The translations under genes were made by a program, and so were the position numbers. DNA of 64,000 bases, taken from the sequence record OQ885479; one strand, given 5' to 3'. Numbering within the stretch: the first letter of the stretch is position 1; each line of letters starts with the position of its first letter. Shown piece by piece: positions 15,287 to 24,467 of this stretch. The notes below the pieces were generated by a model. It did no database searches, was not told the origin of the DNA, and saw nothing but the letters and a program-made list of their open reading frames with translations. Source of the DNA: Escherichia phage SUT_E1520.

Positions 15287-15886
15287 ATGACTAATAAAAA
15301 AGAAGAAAAGACTAACCTGTTTCACTCCATTCGCCAATCTAATGAGTATACCTTTTTCTTTGATGAAGAATTAGGCCCGCCGGATGAATACCGTGATTTA
15401 TCAATGGTACTTATGCAAGCAAATGAGGACGACGAAATTAATCTGATGATTAATGGCCCTGGTGGTTATGTTGATACTGCTGCACAGTTATCTAACTTAA
15501 TTGCTAATTGCCGTGGAACAGTTATAGGACATCTGGTTGGTCCTAGTGCTTCTGCTTACTGCACAATTTTCCTATCCTGTCATGGGTGGGTAGTACATCC
15601 ACATGCTACGCTAATGGGACACACGTTCTCTGGAGGATTCTGTGAGAAGGGTCAAGAAATCAAGAAAGCCTATGAATCTTACAACAAGTTCGTAGAAGAT
15701 ATGATGCTAGATGTCTACTATCCGTTTTTCTCAATAGACGAAATCGATGAGATGGTAAAAGACAACAAAAATATCTATCTAGATAGCAAAGAAATCCATA
15801 AGCGTATTGAAATCTTGGCAAAATATCGATCTGAGCAGTATAATAAAGCCCAGTTACCTCAATCAGAGGAGCATAAAGAAGAGTAA
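15287..15886 (+). CDS. ClpP-like serine peptidase
   Basis: INGPGGYVDTA and GPSASAY motifs resemble the ClpP INSPGG / GQAASMG segments. Confidence 0.5.
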   Translation: MTNKKEEKTNLFHSIRQSNEYTFFFDEELGPPDEYRDLSMVLMQANEDDEINLMINGPGGYVDTAAQLSNLIANCRGTVIGHLVGPSASAYCTIFLSCHGWVVHPHATLMGHTFSGGFCEKGQEIKKAYESYNKFVEDMMLDVYYPFFSIDEIDEMVKDNKNIYLDSKEIHKRIEILAKYRSEQYNKAQLPQSEEHKEE

Positions 15887-15895
15887 GTAGTTTTA

Positions 15896-15930
15896 AGCCA
15901 GGGTTTAACAACCCTGGCTTTTCTTTTATC
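15896..15930 (+). terminator. rho-independent terminator
   Basis: AAGCCAGGGTT...AACCCTGGCTT hairpin followed by a T-run. Confidence 0.65.
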
Positions 15931-15989
15931 TAAAATTCTTCTTGACAACGACAAAATTTTGTGCTCCAAAGAAAATCTTTAAAAACACA

Positions 15990-16018
15990 TTGTAATTTTC
16001 CTCCAAAATTAGTATAAT
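15990..16018 (+). promoter_or_regulatory. sigma70-type promoter upstream of the lysis genes
   Basis: TTGTAA-N17-TATAAT, followed by SD GAGGAGG. Confidence 0.5.
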
Positions 16019-16042
16019 GGTACTGGTTAGAGGAGGTTACAA

Positions 16043-16699
16043 TTGGAAAAGTTCTTACAATTATTAACGGTACTGCTCCAAGAAGCGAAAGATCCAGCAT
16101 CACTTCTTAAACGTCTGCTAACTATCTTAGTTGCTATCATTATTTTCTTATTTGTTAGTAATACTAGCGAGGTGATGTCATTCTTAAAGACTTTCTCCAC
16201 GTCTGCGGTTCTACAGGATGTTCAAACTCAAAGGATAGATAACTTTCCTAATGTAGCTAGAGAAAAGAGCATGGTACTCTTTTCTCAAACGGGTGCGGAT
16301 GCTGTTTTTGTAGTCAAGTATAAACCCGATGCCATTAATGATTATTCTAACATTATTGCATGGGAAAGCAATGCGCAATTAGATAGGGCTGACTTGGCCG
16401 ATAAAGCAGTAAATAAAACGTCTGAGCTATACAGACGTCACTTAGAGGGCTTTAACTACGCATCGGATTTAAGTGTAAGAGTAAATAAATATACGGGGTT
16501 AAATATACCTGCGTTTAAGAACGTTACTTTTAATTACATATACACTTGTCCATATTTCAATCTAAACAATATCTATGCTGGATATATTGGTATTGCTTGG
16601 AAAGATAATCCTGTAGATGCAGCCGATTCTGAGAAATTTAAGGAATATTTAACAAAGCTCTGTTCCCCACAACAGAGATCTTTAGGTAGATCAATATGA
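16043..16699 (+). CDS. putative holin (membrane N-terminus), immediately upstream of the endolysin
   Basis: ORF track (TTG start); TM segment; position; 218 aa as I recall for T5 holin. Confidence 0.55.
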   Translation: MEKFLQLLTVLLQEAKDPASLLKRLLTILVAIIIFLFVSNTSEVMSFLKTFSTSAVLQDVQTQRIDNFPNVAREKSMVLFSQTGADAVFVVKYKPDAINDYSNIIAWESNAQLDRADLADKAVNKTSELYRRHLEGFNYASDLSVRVNKYTGLNIPAFKNVTFNYIYTCPYFNLNNIYAGYIGIAWKDNPVDAADSEKFKEYLTKLCSPQQRSLGRSI

Positions 16700-17109
16700 G
16701 TTTTAAATTTGGTAAAAATAGCGAAAAACAATTAGCTACCGTTAAGCCAGAGCTACAAAAAGTAGCTCGTAGAGCTTTAGAATTATCTCCATATGATTTC
16801 ACGATCGTACAGGGTATTCGTACAGTAGCACAAAGTGCCCAGAATATTGCTAATGGTACTTCATTTTTAAAAGATCCTAGTAAAAGCAAGCATATTACTG
16901 GGGATGCCCTTGATTTTGCTCCATACATTAATGGCAAAATTGATTGGAATGATTTAGAAGCATTTTGGGCAGTTAAAAAGGCTTTTGAACAAGCGGGTAA
17001 AGAACTAGGCATTAAACTTCGTTTTGGTGCTGATTGGAATGCTTCGGGAGATTATCACGACGAAATAAAACGTGGTACCTATGATGGCGGTCATGTCGAA
17101 CTAGTTTAA
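16696..17109 (+). CDS. endolysin, L-alanyl-D-glutamate peptidase (M15-type zinc peptidase)
   Basis: 137 aa; HITGDALDF and GGHVEL zinc-ligand motifs. Confidence 0.8.
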   Translation: MSFKFGKNSEKQLATVKPELQKVARRALELSPYDFTIVQGIRTVAQSAQNIANGTSFLKDPSKSKHITGDALDFAPYINGKIDWNDLEAFWAVKKAFEQAGKELGIKLRFGADWNASGDYHDEIKRGTYDGGHVELV

Positions 17110-17120
17110 TTAATAACTGA

Positions 17121-17144
17121 GGCGGGAATATTCCCGCCTTTTTA
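17121..17144 (+). terminator. rho-independent terminator
   Basis: GGCGGGAATATTCCCGCC hairpin followed by TTTTT. Confidence 0.65.
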
Positions 17145-17186
17145 GGCAAAGGGGGCTTTAATAATTTTTGAAGATAGGAGAAAGCC

Positions 17187-17603
17187 ATGTTTGCAGAACT
17201 ATTCACTATGATGCTGCTAGGTATCTGGAAAATAAGTCTAGTAGTATTCGTTTTAATGATAGTCTTTACTATCATTGCATTAACTACCCGAAATAGCTTA
17301 TTAATAAAGGTTATTCACGGACTAGAGTATATAATTATGGGTTCATTCGGCGTTTGTAAATGCAATTGCCATAGAGATACGAAATATTGTTGGTTATGGA
17401 TGGAACTAGAGAATCCTATATCCATAGCTTTGGCTGTTTCATTCGGTATGATTCTTATGGCCCTTACTCTAGCATTAATACCTTTGATGTTAGCTGGGGG
17501 AGTTACAGCGTATTTCACCCTTTTCTCCCCGATACTTATGTACTCAATTTACCCAATAACTATGTATCTAGTTAGGAAAAAATTTATACATGCAGTAGAT
17601 TAA
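17187..17603 (+). CDS. multi-pass membrane protein (hypothetical)
   Basis: ORF track; several hydrophobic segments. Confidence 0.55.
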   Translation: MFAELFTMMLLGIWKISLVVFVLMIVFTIIALTTRNSLLIKVIHGLEYIIMGSFGVCKCNCHRDTKYCWLWMELENPISIALAVSFGMILMALTLALIPLMLAGGVTAYFTLFSPILMYSIYPITMYLVRKKFIHAVD

Positions 17604-17616
17604 GATAAAAAAGTAG

Positions 17617-17645
17617 TTGACTTTTAGCCCTAGTTATTATATAAT
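17617..17645 (+). promoter_or_regulatory. T5-type early promoter
   Basis: TTGACT-N17-TATAAT; leader ACATAAATTAGTTAAGAGAGG. Confidence 0.6.
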
Positions 17646-17678
17646 ATATACATAAATTAGTTAAGAGAGGTATATATT

Positions 17679-18110
17679 ATGTCTGATCGTTTCTATACTC
17701 AAATGGCGGAACATTTTCGTATACCACATTACGAGCTAAACATTGCACTCCGTGATCATGACTCTCCTGAGTACAAAAAGCTCGAAAAGAAAGCGGAAAA
17801 ATCTATTGATACAAAGGTAGGTGCATCTATGTCTAAGGGCAAAAAGTTAACTCGTCTTGATCTTAATAAAATTTTAACTGAACTTTTGGGTACTGATATT
17901 GAAGGTGCTAAATTACCGCTTCTTGTACTAGAGACTATGATTAAAAAGGTCAAAAATAAAGAATATAAGAAGGTAGAAGTCCCGGAAGGCAGATTAAAAG
18001 CTCCTTATCAGGAAGCATTAACCGAGTGTTTGGGTGTAAATCTTGATCTGAGCACCGCAACCGTAAAAACTATGAAAAACTTCTTAGAGGCCATTAATAA
18101 CTATGAGTAA
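17679..18110 (+). CDS. hypothetical protein
   Basis: ORF track. Confidence 0.55.
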   Translation: MSDRFYTQMAEHFRIPHYELNIALRDHDSPEYKKLEKKAEKSIDTKVGASMSKGKKLTRLDLNKILTELLGTDIEGAKLPLLVLETMIKKVKNKEYKKVEVPEGRLKAPYQEALTECLGVNLDLSTATVKTMKNFLEAINNYE

Positions 18111-18393
18111 ATTAGTATACCTATTAAAAGGTTCCACTTGCAATCCTTGCAAAATGTTTGAGCCAGTATTTGATAAAGTAGTCAATGACTATAATTTGGA
18201 AATCCATAAAGAGACTGATAATACAGAATTAATGCAGAAATTTGGTGTGCGCCAAGTTCCTGTAGTAGTTCTGGCAGATCGCTTACCTAATGGTCGAGTA
18301 GAAGCTAACCATATTTTGATTGGACGTCAGCTTCGTAAAGAAACTATGCACGAAGCTATTAAAAATTTCCTGGATGATAATCCAGAGGACTAA
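18103..18393 (+). CDS. thioredoxin/glutaredoxin-like protein (CNPC motif)
   Basis: CxxC near the N-terminus in a fold-sized protein. Confidence 0.5.
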   Translation: MSKLVYLLKGSTCNPCKMFEPVFDKVVNDYNLEIHKETDNTELMQKFGVRQVPVVVLADRLPNGRVEANHILIGRQLRKETMHEAIKNFLDDNPED

Positions 18394-18398
18394 TAAAC

Positions 18399-18432
18399 AA
18401 AGCCTGATCTTAGCAGATCAGGCTTTTATTTT
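18399..18432 (+). terminator. rho-independent terminator
   Basis: AGCCTGATCT...AGATCAGGCT hairpin followed by TTTTATTTT. Confidence 0.65.
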
Positions 18433-18434
18433 AC

Positions 18435-18463
18435 TTGCTTTTTGCTAAAAATTTTGGTATAAT
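18435..18463 (+). promoter_or_regulatory. T5-type early promoter
   Basis: TTGCTT-N17-TATAAT; leader ATATAAATTGATAAGAGAG. Confidence 0.55.
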
Positions 18464-18574
18464 ACTTATATAAATTGATAAGAGAGCCATTAATATGCTT
18501 ACGCCACCTATCTTTGCAGGGATTTTAGCCATATTAATGGACATCTTTGCCACTCAAGAAATAGGAGTATTACG

Positions 18575-18823
18575 ATGAACTATGCATATCTAATTATTAA
18601 TAACAATGTAGTTTGTGGTACTCGCGCCGTTGAGATGGGTATTACAGAAGAAAAGTATAAGTCACTTCCAGAAAAGGAACAACAATATTATGTTGAAGAA
18701 GCTGCTTGGGAATATGCTGATGTTTATCCCGAACAGCGTGAAGATCGCGTTACTATTGTTGTCTCTTTGGGGCTGGTTGGCTGTGATACCGAAGTTGATA
18801 CAGACCTAGAGACTTTAGAATAG
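18575..18823 (+). CDS. hypothetical acidic protein
   Basis: ORF track; SD AGGAGT. Confidence 0.5.
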   Translation: MNYAYLIINNNVVCGTRAVEMGITEEKYKSLPEKEQQYYVEEAAWEYADVYPEQREDRVTIVVSLGLVGCDTEVDTDLETLE

Positions 18824-18956
18824 TGGGGAGAATTAGACATTTCAGCTAAAAACTCTTTAATCCGTGAGGCTTTTTGGGAAGCAGTTGACTGCCATGTTGT
18901 CTTTGAGCCTAACGATGAGGAAGCTGAGAAGCATACTAACCACTGGAGATAATTAA

Positions 18957-19202
18957 ATGTTAGCGGAACAAGCAAAACGTTTAGCTAGGATAAATAGAGC
19001 TGCAATTCTTAAGAGCAGAAAGAAACCATATAAGTATGTTAAAAAGAGAATAGTTTCTTCTGTGGAGATTGGAGGTTCTTTTGTACAGTTTAATCGTGAT
19101 GAAATTAGTTATGAAGCTATAAAAGCCCTCTATAAAGAGGGTTATACTCTCCAACTATCTAATGAGTATGGCACAACTATTTTAACTGTTATTTGGGAAT
19201 AA
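18957..19202 (+). CDS. hypothetical protein
   Basis: ORF track. Confidence 0.5.
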   Translation: MLAEQAKRLARINRAAILKSRKKPYKYVKKRIVSSVEIGGSFVQFNRDEISYEAIKALYKEGYTLQLSNEYGTTILTVIWE

Positions 19203-19204
19203 TT

Positions 19205-20068
19205 ATGAAAAAAGAATTTAATGTACATAAAACTCTAGTAGTGCCAGATGATGCCAACTTGTTTTTCGTTGGTGATATTCATGGATGCAATGATTTGCTG
19301 GAAGATGCGTTGAAATTAGCTGGGTATAATAGCAAGAAAGATTGCTTAGTATGTGTTGGTGACTTAATTGACCGAGGCACACAAAACCTACAAGTTTTAG
19401 CCAAATTCCTGTATAATCCACATTTTATCAGTGTCCGTGGTAATCACGACCAATTTATGATTGCAGGAGATTGGGCTAATTGGATGTATAACGGTGGTAT
19501 ATGGGCTATGGAAGAGCTGGATGCAGACACCATTAAAAATATCGCCGAAGATATGGCTGAAAAAATGCCAGTATTCCTAACTGTTAGGCATCGTGGTAAG
19601 AAGTATGGTGTTGTTCATGGTGGTGTACCTTTTACGTACAAAGAATGTGGTAATGAAGTAGAAACCCCAGTATGGGATAATCTTATTGCACAAGTAGAAG
19701 CAGCTAAGGAAGACCCACATGACCATCCTGGATACCATATTGAACCATATTTATGGGATCGAGATGTAATCCAAGAAATAGGCTTCTACTTGTCCAAAAA
19801 TGGTGAGGAACACCCGTATTTCCAGCGTTATTCAGGATTTAAAGAAAAATATATGGTAGAAGTGCCAGAAGTTAAAGGGGTAGATTTCGTGTTTCATGGG
19901 CATACTGGAGTACCTTACCCACTTCTTTATAAAAACCGTGTTTACCTTGATACTGGCGGTGTTTTCAACGGGCAGTTGACGGTTGCGCAAGTTAATGATG
20001 AAACGGGCAAAATCACCACATTTACTACACTCCGGGAAGATAGCTGTGGTGTACAGAGGATTCTTTAA
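19205..20068 (+). CDS. Ser/Thr protein phosphatase (PPP-family metallophosphoesterase)
   Basis: GDIHGC, GDLIDRG and GNHD motifs; track ORF 19193..20068 with start moved to the second in-frame ATG. Confidence 0.75.
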   Translation: MKKEFNVHKTLVVPDDANLFFVGDIHGCNDLLEDALKLAGYNSKKDCLVCVGDLIDRGTQNLQVLAKFLYNPHFISVRGNHDQFMIAGDWANWMYNGGIWAMEELDADTIKNIAEDMAEKMPVFLTVRHRGKKYGVVHGGVPFTYKECGNEVETPVWDNLIAQVEAAKEDPHDHPGYHIEPYLWDRDVIQEIGFYLSKNGEEHPYFQRYSGFKEKYMVEVPEVKGVDFVFHGHTGVPYPLLYKNRVYLDTGGVFNGQLTVAQVNDETGKITTFTTLREDSCGVQRIL

Positions 20069-20367
20069 TGAATGATAGAATGAAAGAAGTACGAGAAGAA
20101 TTACGAGCAATGCGTATTGATGCCCTTCGTTGGAGGGCATTAGTTAATACTTTCGTCAAAGGAGATACGGGGGTAATATATTCTGGGATAGCAGTCAATT
20201 TTTGTTTTAATTCTCCTACTGAAATAGAGGTAGAAACAAGGCTTACTACCTATCTTAATGAGGTAGACCTTAAGGAAGGAGAGACTTCCGAGGAGTTTAA
20301 AACCAAAGTGTTAACCTCTTGGGTTGATAGTTTAATACAGAATAAGGAAAAGAGTAATGAAAGTTAA
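20068..20367 (+). CDS. hypothetical protein
   Basis: ORF track. Confidence 0.5.
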   Translation: MNDRMKEVREELRAMRIDALRWRALVNTFVKGDTGVIYSGIAVNFCFNSPTEIEVETRLTTYLNEVDLKEGETSEEFKTKVLTSWVDSLIQNKEKSNES

Positions 20368-20947
20368 ATTCTGGTCAGACTTGCACCTAGACCACCCTGG
20401 AGCGTTACGTTTCCGTCCGTGGTTTAAGAACATGAAAGAGCACGATGAGTATATTCTAGATACTTTGTCCAAGCATATTGGTAAACGAACAAAACTTATT
20501 TTGCTAGGAGATATTGCAGTAGGTCGTGAAGGTCTAGCTAAATTAAAGTCGGTTATCCACAATGTTCCTAATCAACTGATTATGGGTAATCATGATGCAG
20601 AACGTCAGGGACTGAGCATTAGGGACTTGGCGGAAGTTTATGACGATATTCAGGCTCTAGGTAAACAGACTGGAGGTGGCAAAAAGTTTTGGCTATCTCA
20701 CTGCCCTTTGCACCCTAATGAACTTCGTGGCAAACTAAATATTCACGGACACGTACATACTACTTCTCTACGTGATCCACGTTATATCAATGTCTCATTT
20801 GAAATGAGTAAAACTCCAATTCCACTAGAAGATATTGTGTCTGGTAAGTTTACTAGTTACGATAGAGTAGTTAATTGTACTACCGGCGAGGTATTACAAA
20901 TAGGGGAAGACGTAGCTGCTGTATTGCGTGGTGATATAAATGTCTGA
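20357..20947 (+). CDS. calcineurin-like metallophosphoesterase
   Basis: DLHLDH, GNHD and HGHVH motifs. Confidence 0.7.
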   Translation: MKVKFWSDLHLDHPGALRFRPWFKNMKEHDEYILDTLSKHIGKRTKLILLGDIAVGREGLAKLKSVIHNVPNQLIMGNHDAERQGLSIRDLAEVYDDIQALGKQTGGGKKFWLSHCPLHPNELRGKLNIHGHVHTTSLRDPRYINVSFEMSKTPIPLEDIVSGKFTSYDRVVNCTTGEVLQIGEDVAAVLRGDINV

Positions 20948-21062
20948 GTATATAGCTGAGGCTATTATTAAACGAATTATACAAGCGATAGCAATACTTA
21001 TAATCATTTGTATTGCTATTGGTACAGGATTAGGCATTTTAATTAAAAGTTTTATTTGCTAA
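20940..21062 (+). CDS. small hydrophobic peptide (40 aa)
   Basis: ATGTCTGA overlap with the upstream stop; single TM segment; below the track cutoff. Confidence 0.3.
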   Translation: MSEYIAEAIIKRIIQAIAILIIICIAIGTGLGILIKSFIC

Positions 21063-21084
21063 AATGCCTAAGTTTCTGTATAAT
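21056..21084 (+). promoter_or_regulatory. T5-type early promoter
   Basis: TTGCTA-N17-TATAAT; leader ATAAATTGATGAGAAGG. Confidence 0.55.
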
Positions 21085-21114
21085 TACTTTATAAATTGAT
21101 GAGAAGGAATCAAA

Positions 21115-21546
21115 ATGAACAAAGTTGATAAAGCTCTAGTTTTCGCAGCAGCAGATAAGTTTGAACAAGTTAAGGCAACTTTCCGAACCTTGTTCCAGTC
21201 TTACGTTCAAGATAAGTCTAATCCTATCTCTGAACGTTTGATGGTCTGGGAATGCCATGCTTGCAATGCCCTATTAATTGCGGATTATCGTAGCGATATA
21301 GATAAAGATCTGTGCGAAATTCTTATCGCTGAGGAAGCAGAACGTTATCAGTTAATCTCTTTCCAAGATTTGGCGGAGCATATCATCCCTGATGATCTTT
21401 GGGACAAATACTACGGTGATCCTGAAGATGAAGGAATGACTCCAGAAGCATGTATTGAGCTGATCTGCAAAGATCATCCTGAAATTGCAGAGAAATTTGA
21501 AAAGGTTTTTGCTTCTGAGTTCTCCGGCGTTGTTAACGATTGGTAA
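21115..21546 (+). CDS. hypothetical acidic protein
   Basis: ORF track. Confidence 0.55.
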   Translation: MNKVDKALVFAAADKFEQVKATFRTLFQSYVQDKSNPISERLMVWECHACNALLIADYRSDIDKDLCEILIAEEAERYQLISFQDLAEHIIPDDLWDKYYGDPEDEGMTPEACIELICKDHPEIAEKFEKVFASEFSGVVNDW

Positions 21547-21563
21547 GTAATTAAAAAATTCAG

Positions 21564-21592
21564 TTGCTTTAAGCCTTAAAATTCTGTATAAT
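21564..21592 (+). promoter_or_regulatory. T5-type early promoter
   Basis: TTGCTT-N17-TATAAT; leader ATAAATTAATGAGAGAGG. Confidence 0.6.
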
Positions 21593-21624
21593 AAGTTCAT
21601 AAATTAATGAGAGAGGAAATTCTA

Positions 21625-21876
21625 ATGGAAAACATGACTAAAAATGAAATGGCTAACGTTCTGGCAATTCTCCTCGACATGCAGGGTTTTGAGGGTCAGC
21701 TCATGAAGATGTCTATTCCGGCAATGAAAAAGATGTATGATTCTCTGAATAAGAATGCTATGGCGTTCAACCTCGCAAAACAGGAAGCACGTTTTGCGAA
21801 AGAGCATCAGGCAACTGCCGAACGTCGTGCAGCATCTTTTGAGCGTGAAGTTAAGCAACTGAAAGGTAAGAAATAA
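21625..21876 (+). CDS. hypothetical protein
   Basis: Track ORF 21607..21876; start moved to the ATG after the conserved leader. Confidence 0.5.
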   Translation: MENMTKNEMANVLAILLDMQGFEGQLMKMSIPAMKKMYDSLNKNAMAFNLAKQEARFAKEHQATAERRAASFEREVKQLKGKK

Positions 21877-22301
21877 TGACTAATGGCCAATTTTTCTATA
21901 CTATAGCAGTTAACTCGCTGCTTTCTTTAGCAATATCGATTGGTGTTACCGACTATATACTTAATCAACGTGACGAAGTGAAGGAAGTTGTAATAGAGGA
22001 ACATATCAGTCCAGAAATTAAAGCTAGGGCAGAAAGCAATAAGTTACTATCAAAACATAAAATAATGCTTGCAGAAGTAGACCTTGTGCTCAGGCAAATA
22101 AAACTAGATGAAGCCTTATCTAAAGATTCTGGGGTTGAAGTAGTAGATGCCTACAAAATGGAAGATTCAATTGAGGCCAAACTTCAAATTGAAGAGGGTA
22201 AGAGATTTTGTAGAGCAGTTAACGGATCTTTAGTCAAGATTAAATTCTACGAAACTGTAAGCCCCTACATTAAATGTAGTAATGGAGTAACGGACAAATG
22301 A
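21876..22301 (+). CDS. membrane-anchored protein (hypothetical)
   Basis: ORF track. Confidence 0.5.
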   Translation: MTNGQFFYTIAVNSLLSLAISIGVTDYILNQRDEVKEVVIEEHISPEIKARAESNKLLSKHKIMLAEVDLVLRQIKLDEALSKDSGVEVVDAYKMEDSIEAKLQIEEGKRFCRAVNGSLVKIKFYETVSPYIKCSNGVTDK

Positions 22302-22579
22302 TTATAGAAATTCTTATTGGACTGCTAGTGCTTATGACACTAGCAGCGATTGGTGGGGTTATTGGTATTGTAAGCATACGAAAAAATATGGAGAGTATGC
22401 GTATTACTAATAGTGGACTCCACTGTCGCTTAATAGAACAAGAACAAGATATTGAGCTAACGCAAAGACGCTCAGATATTCTAAAAGAAAAACTAAACAA
22501 TATTGAAGCAATAGCTGGGAATACAAAACTACCTAATAAAGTAATGCGTGCACAGATAATTACGGAGATTAAAAAATGA
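22298..22579 (+). CDS. membrane protein (hypothetical)
   Basis: ORF track. Confidence 0.5.
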   Translation: MIIEILIGLLVLMTLAAIGGVIGIVSIRKNMESMRITNSGLHCRLIEQEQDIELTQRRSDILKEKLNNIEAIAGNTKLPNKVMRAQIITEIKK

Positions 22580-22821
22580 TGATGTTTATTCTCGCATTTT
22601 ATTTAGTTGTGGTTGGTGTACTAGTTACTAAGTACCATACATGGACACCAAAGAATGTAGCTAAGGTAGCATTATTTGTTATTCCAGTACCTTTTATTAT
22701 CTTTTCTATGTTACTGGTAATGCTAATCGGTAAAGTAACAAAAACCGATGTTAAACGTATTGCTGATGAATTGCAACAGTCTTGTGATATGGTAGAGGAT
22801 ATTATTAAAGATGAAGCTTAA
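22576..22821 (+). CDS. membrane protein (hypothetical)
   Basis: ORF track. Confidence 0.5.
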   Translation: MMMFILAFYLVVVGVLVTKYHTWTPKNVAKVALFVIPVPFIIFSMLLVMLIGKVTKTDVKRIADELQQSCDMVEDIIKDEA

Positions 22822-23137
22822 TTTTAATGAATTAAATACCTTACATGAGATATTACAGTTTGTGAATAATAATATTAGTATTCCAGATGATACATTGGAA
22901 GTTCTCATGATAATTGAGAAAAAGGTAGGAATTGAGATTGAGGACTCTTGGAAACCACTTTCTGTATTAACACCACTTAATATGAAAGTGATAGTTAAAA
23001 ATATTGATACTGGTGAAGAGTGTGAAATGATTCGTAAAGAACTAGCTGATAGTTATTCACCAAAGTCTGTAGTAATGTATCATGATGACACACCTAAGAT
23101 CCTACAGACAGCTAATTACGTATGGCGTCTCCCATGA
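22811..23137 (+). CDS. hypothetical protein
   Basis: ORF track. Confidence 0.5.
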   Translation: MKLNFNELNTLHEILQFVNNNISIPDDTLEVLMIIEKKVGIEIEDSWKPLSVLTPLNMKVIVKNIDTGEECEMIRKELADSYSPKSVVMYHDDTPKILQTANYVWRLP

Positions 23138-23280
23138 TTGATTTAGTACCAATTACTGCGGGGCTACTAGCACTATTAGTGCTCGCAGTTTTTATTATTG
23201 TGGAGCAGGCCAAAGTAATAAGGAGACTTAAAAACAATGATAAAACGTCTTGTTTATCAGGCACCAAAGATTGTAACTGA
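23134..23280 (+). CDS. small membrane protein (48 aa)
   Basis: ATGA overlap with the upstream stop; TM segment; below the track cutoff. Confidence 0.3.
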   Translation: MIDLVPITAGLLALLVLAVFIIVEQAKVIRRLKNNDKTSCLSGTKDCN

Positions 23281-23437
23281 GTATTTTGTATTACTGCCTC
23301 AGATTGTATTTCTAACAGCATTATTTAATATACTTTTTCGACATCTAGGAATAACGGAAAATATCTTCTACACTTCTAAACTACTTCCTTTTATGTACGA
23401 AGGCATCATCGTGGCAATTAACGGAGTTCGTAAATGA
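23237..23437 (+). CDS. membrane protein (hypothetical)
   Basis: ORF track. Confidence 0.45.
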   Translation: MIKRLVYQAPKIVTEYFVLLPQIVFLTALFNILFRHLGITENIFYTSKLLPFMYEGIIVAINGVRK

Positions 23438-23895
23438 CAGCACTACAACAACTACAGAATTACTGGTTTGATAACCAATTTAACGATCTCTTTATCCAGT
23501 TATTTGTCGAAACGAACGGACGTTTCAACTACCGATTCTTTAATAAGTTTCACGAAACAAAATTCTCCCATACAGAAATTAATGCAGCTATCCAAGATTT
23601 AACTGGTTCTAAAGTAATTCAATATCGTGAAGTAGATTTTACACCAGATTGTTTTGGGTTTGAATTGTTCAAGAAAGCGTATAAATTTGGTAAGTTTGAG
23701 GATGCTCGTCAATGGGTTCATGATTTCTGGTATAATACCGATATTGTTCCTAGTCGTGTACTGATTCTTAACTGGATTGCTAAACAACATCCACCTAAAG
23801 CTCAATCGGCTTTCTTACCAACTGACACAGGAAACCTCTACCATGACAGAAAAGAAAAATCCATTGCTGGAGCAGATGAAGGAATGGGAGAGTAA
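23434..23895 (+). CDS. hypothetical protein
   Basis: ORF track. Confidence 0.55.
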   Translation: MTALQQLQNYWFDNQFNDLFIQLFVETNGRFNYRFFNKFHETKFSHTEINAAIQDLTGSKVIQYREVDFTPDCFGFELFKKAYKFGKFEDARQWVHDFWYNTDIVPSRVLILNWIAKQHPPKAQSAFLPTDTGNLYHDRKEKSIAGADEGMGE

Positions 23896-24214
23896 TATTG
23901 AATCTGGTCTAGTAGACGGAGAAGATATTGTTAACTCTATGTTGGAAGTAACAATAGATAATATTAACCCTATTTTGGCCAGTGAAACCTCAGATCTTAT
24001 AGGACTTTCTAGTACTTTCGATTCTTTAGCTAAATTAGCTTTAGATAATGAAGAGATAACCAAAGAAGATCTCGCCTCAGCTATGAATATGGCTATTAAC
24101 GCTTACATTGGCAAACGTACCGATGAACTGGACAAACAAATCAAAAAGCGTGATATAACGTTAAATCTTATGGAAACGGCCACTATTTTAAGAAGTGGTA
24201 AACAACTCCACTAA
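23777..24214 (+). CDS. hypothetical protein (true start may be the in-frame ATG at 23843)
   Basis: ORF track; long overlap with the upstream gene suggests a later start. Confidence 0.45.
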   Translation: MLNNIHLKLNRLSYQLTQETSTMTEKKNPLLEQMKEWESNIESGLVDGEDIVNSMLEVTIDNINPILASETSDLIGLSSTFDSLAKLALDNEEITKEDLASAMNMAINAYIGKRTDELDKQIKKRDITLNLMETATILRSGKQLH

Positions 24215-24247
24215 TTCTAGAGGCCAGGACTTAATTGTTCTGACCTT

Positions 24248-24466
24248 TTGTGTTTCAAGGAACTTAGTATGAAAACATTAGATAACTACCTAAAGGCTAG
24301 ATATAGCCCTACGGAAGATCAATCTGCTGTAACCTGTGAAATAAGCAAAAATAAAACAGTACGATTAGCTCAAAAAGGTGGAGGAACATCCCCCAATATT
24401 ATTTGGCTATCCGAAGAACAAGCAAAAGACTTATACTGCAAACTAAATAAGTTATTTAATAAGTAA
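24248..24466 (+). CDS. hypothetical protein
   Basis: ORF track. Confidence 0.5.
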   Translation: MCFKELSMKTLDNYLKARYSPTEDQSAVTCEISKNKTVRLAQKGGGTSPNIIWLSEEQAKDLYCKLNKLFNK

Positions 24467-24467
24467 C

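Noticed and set aside
18824-18952. Open frame of about 42 codons between two genes
   Set aside because: No ATG, GTG or TTG start with a usable SD at its 5-prime end; left unannotated.
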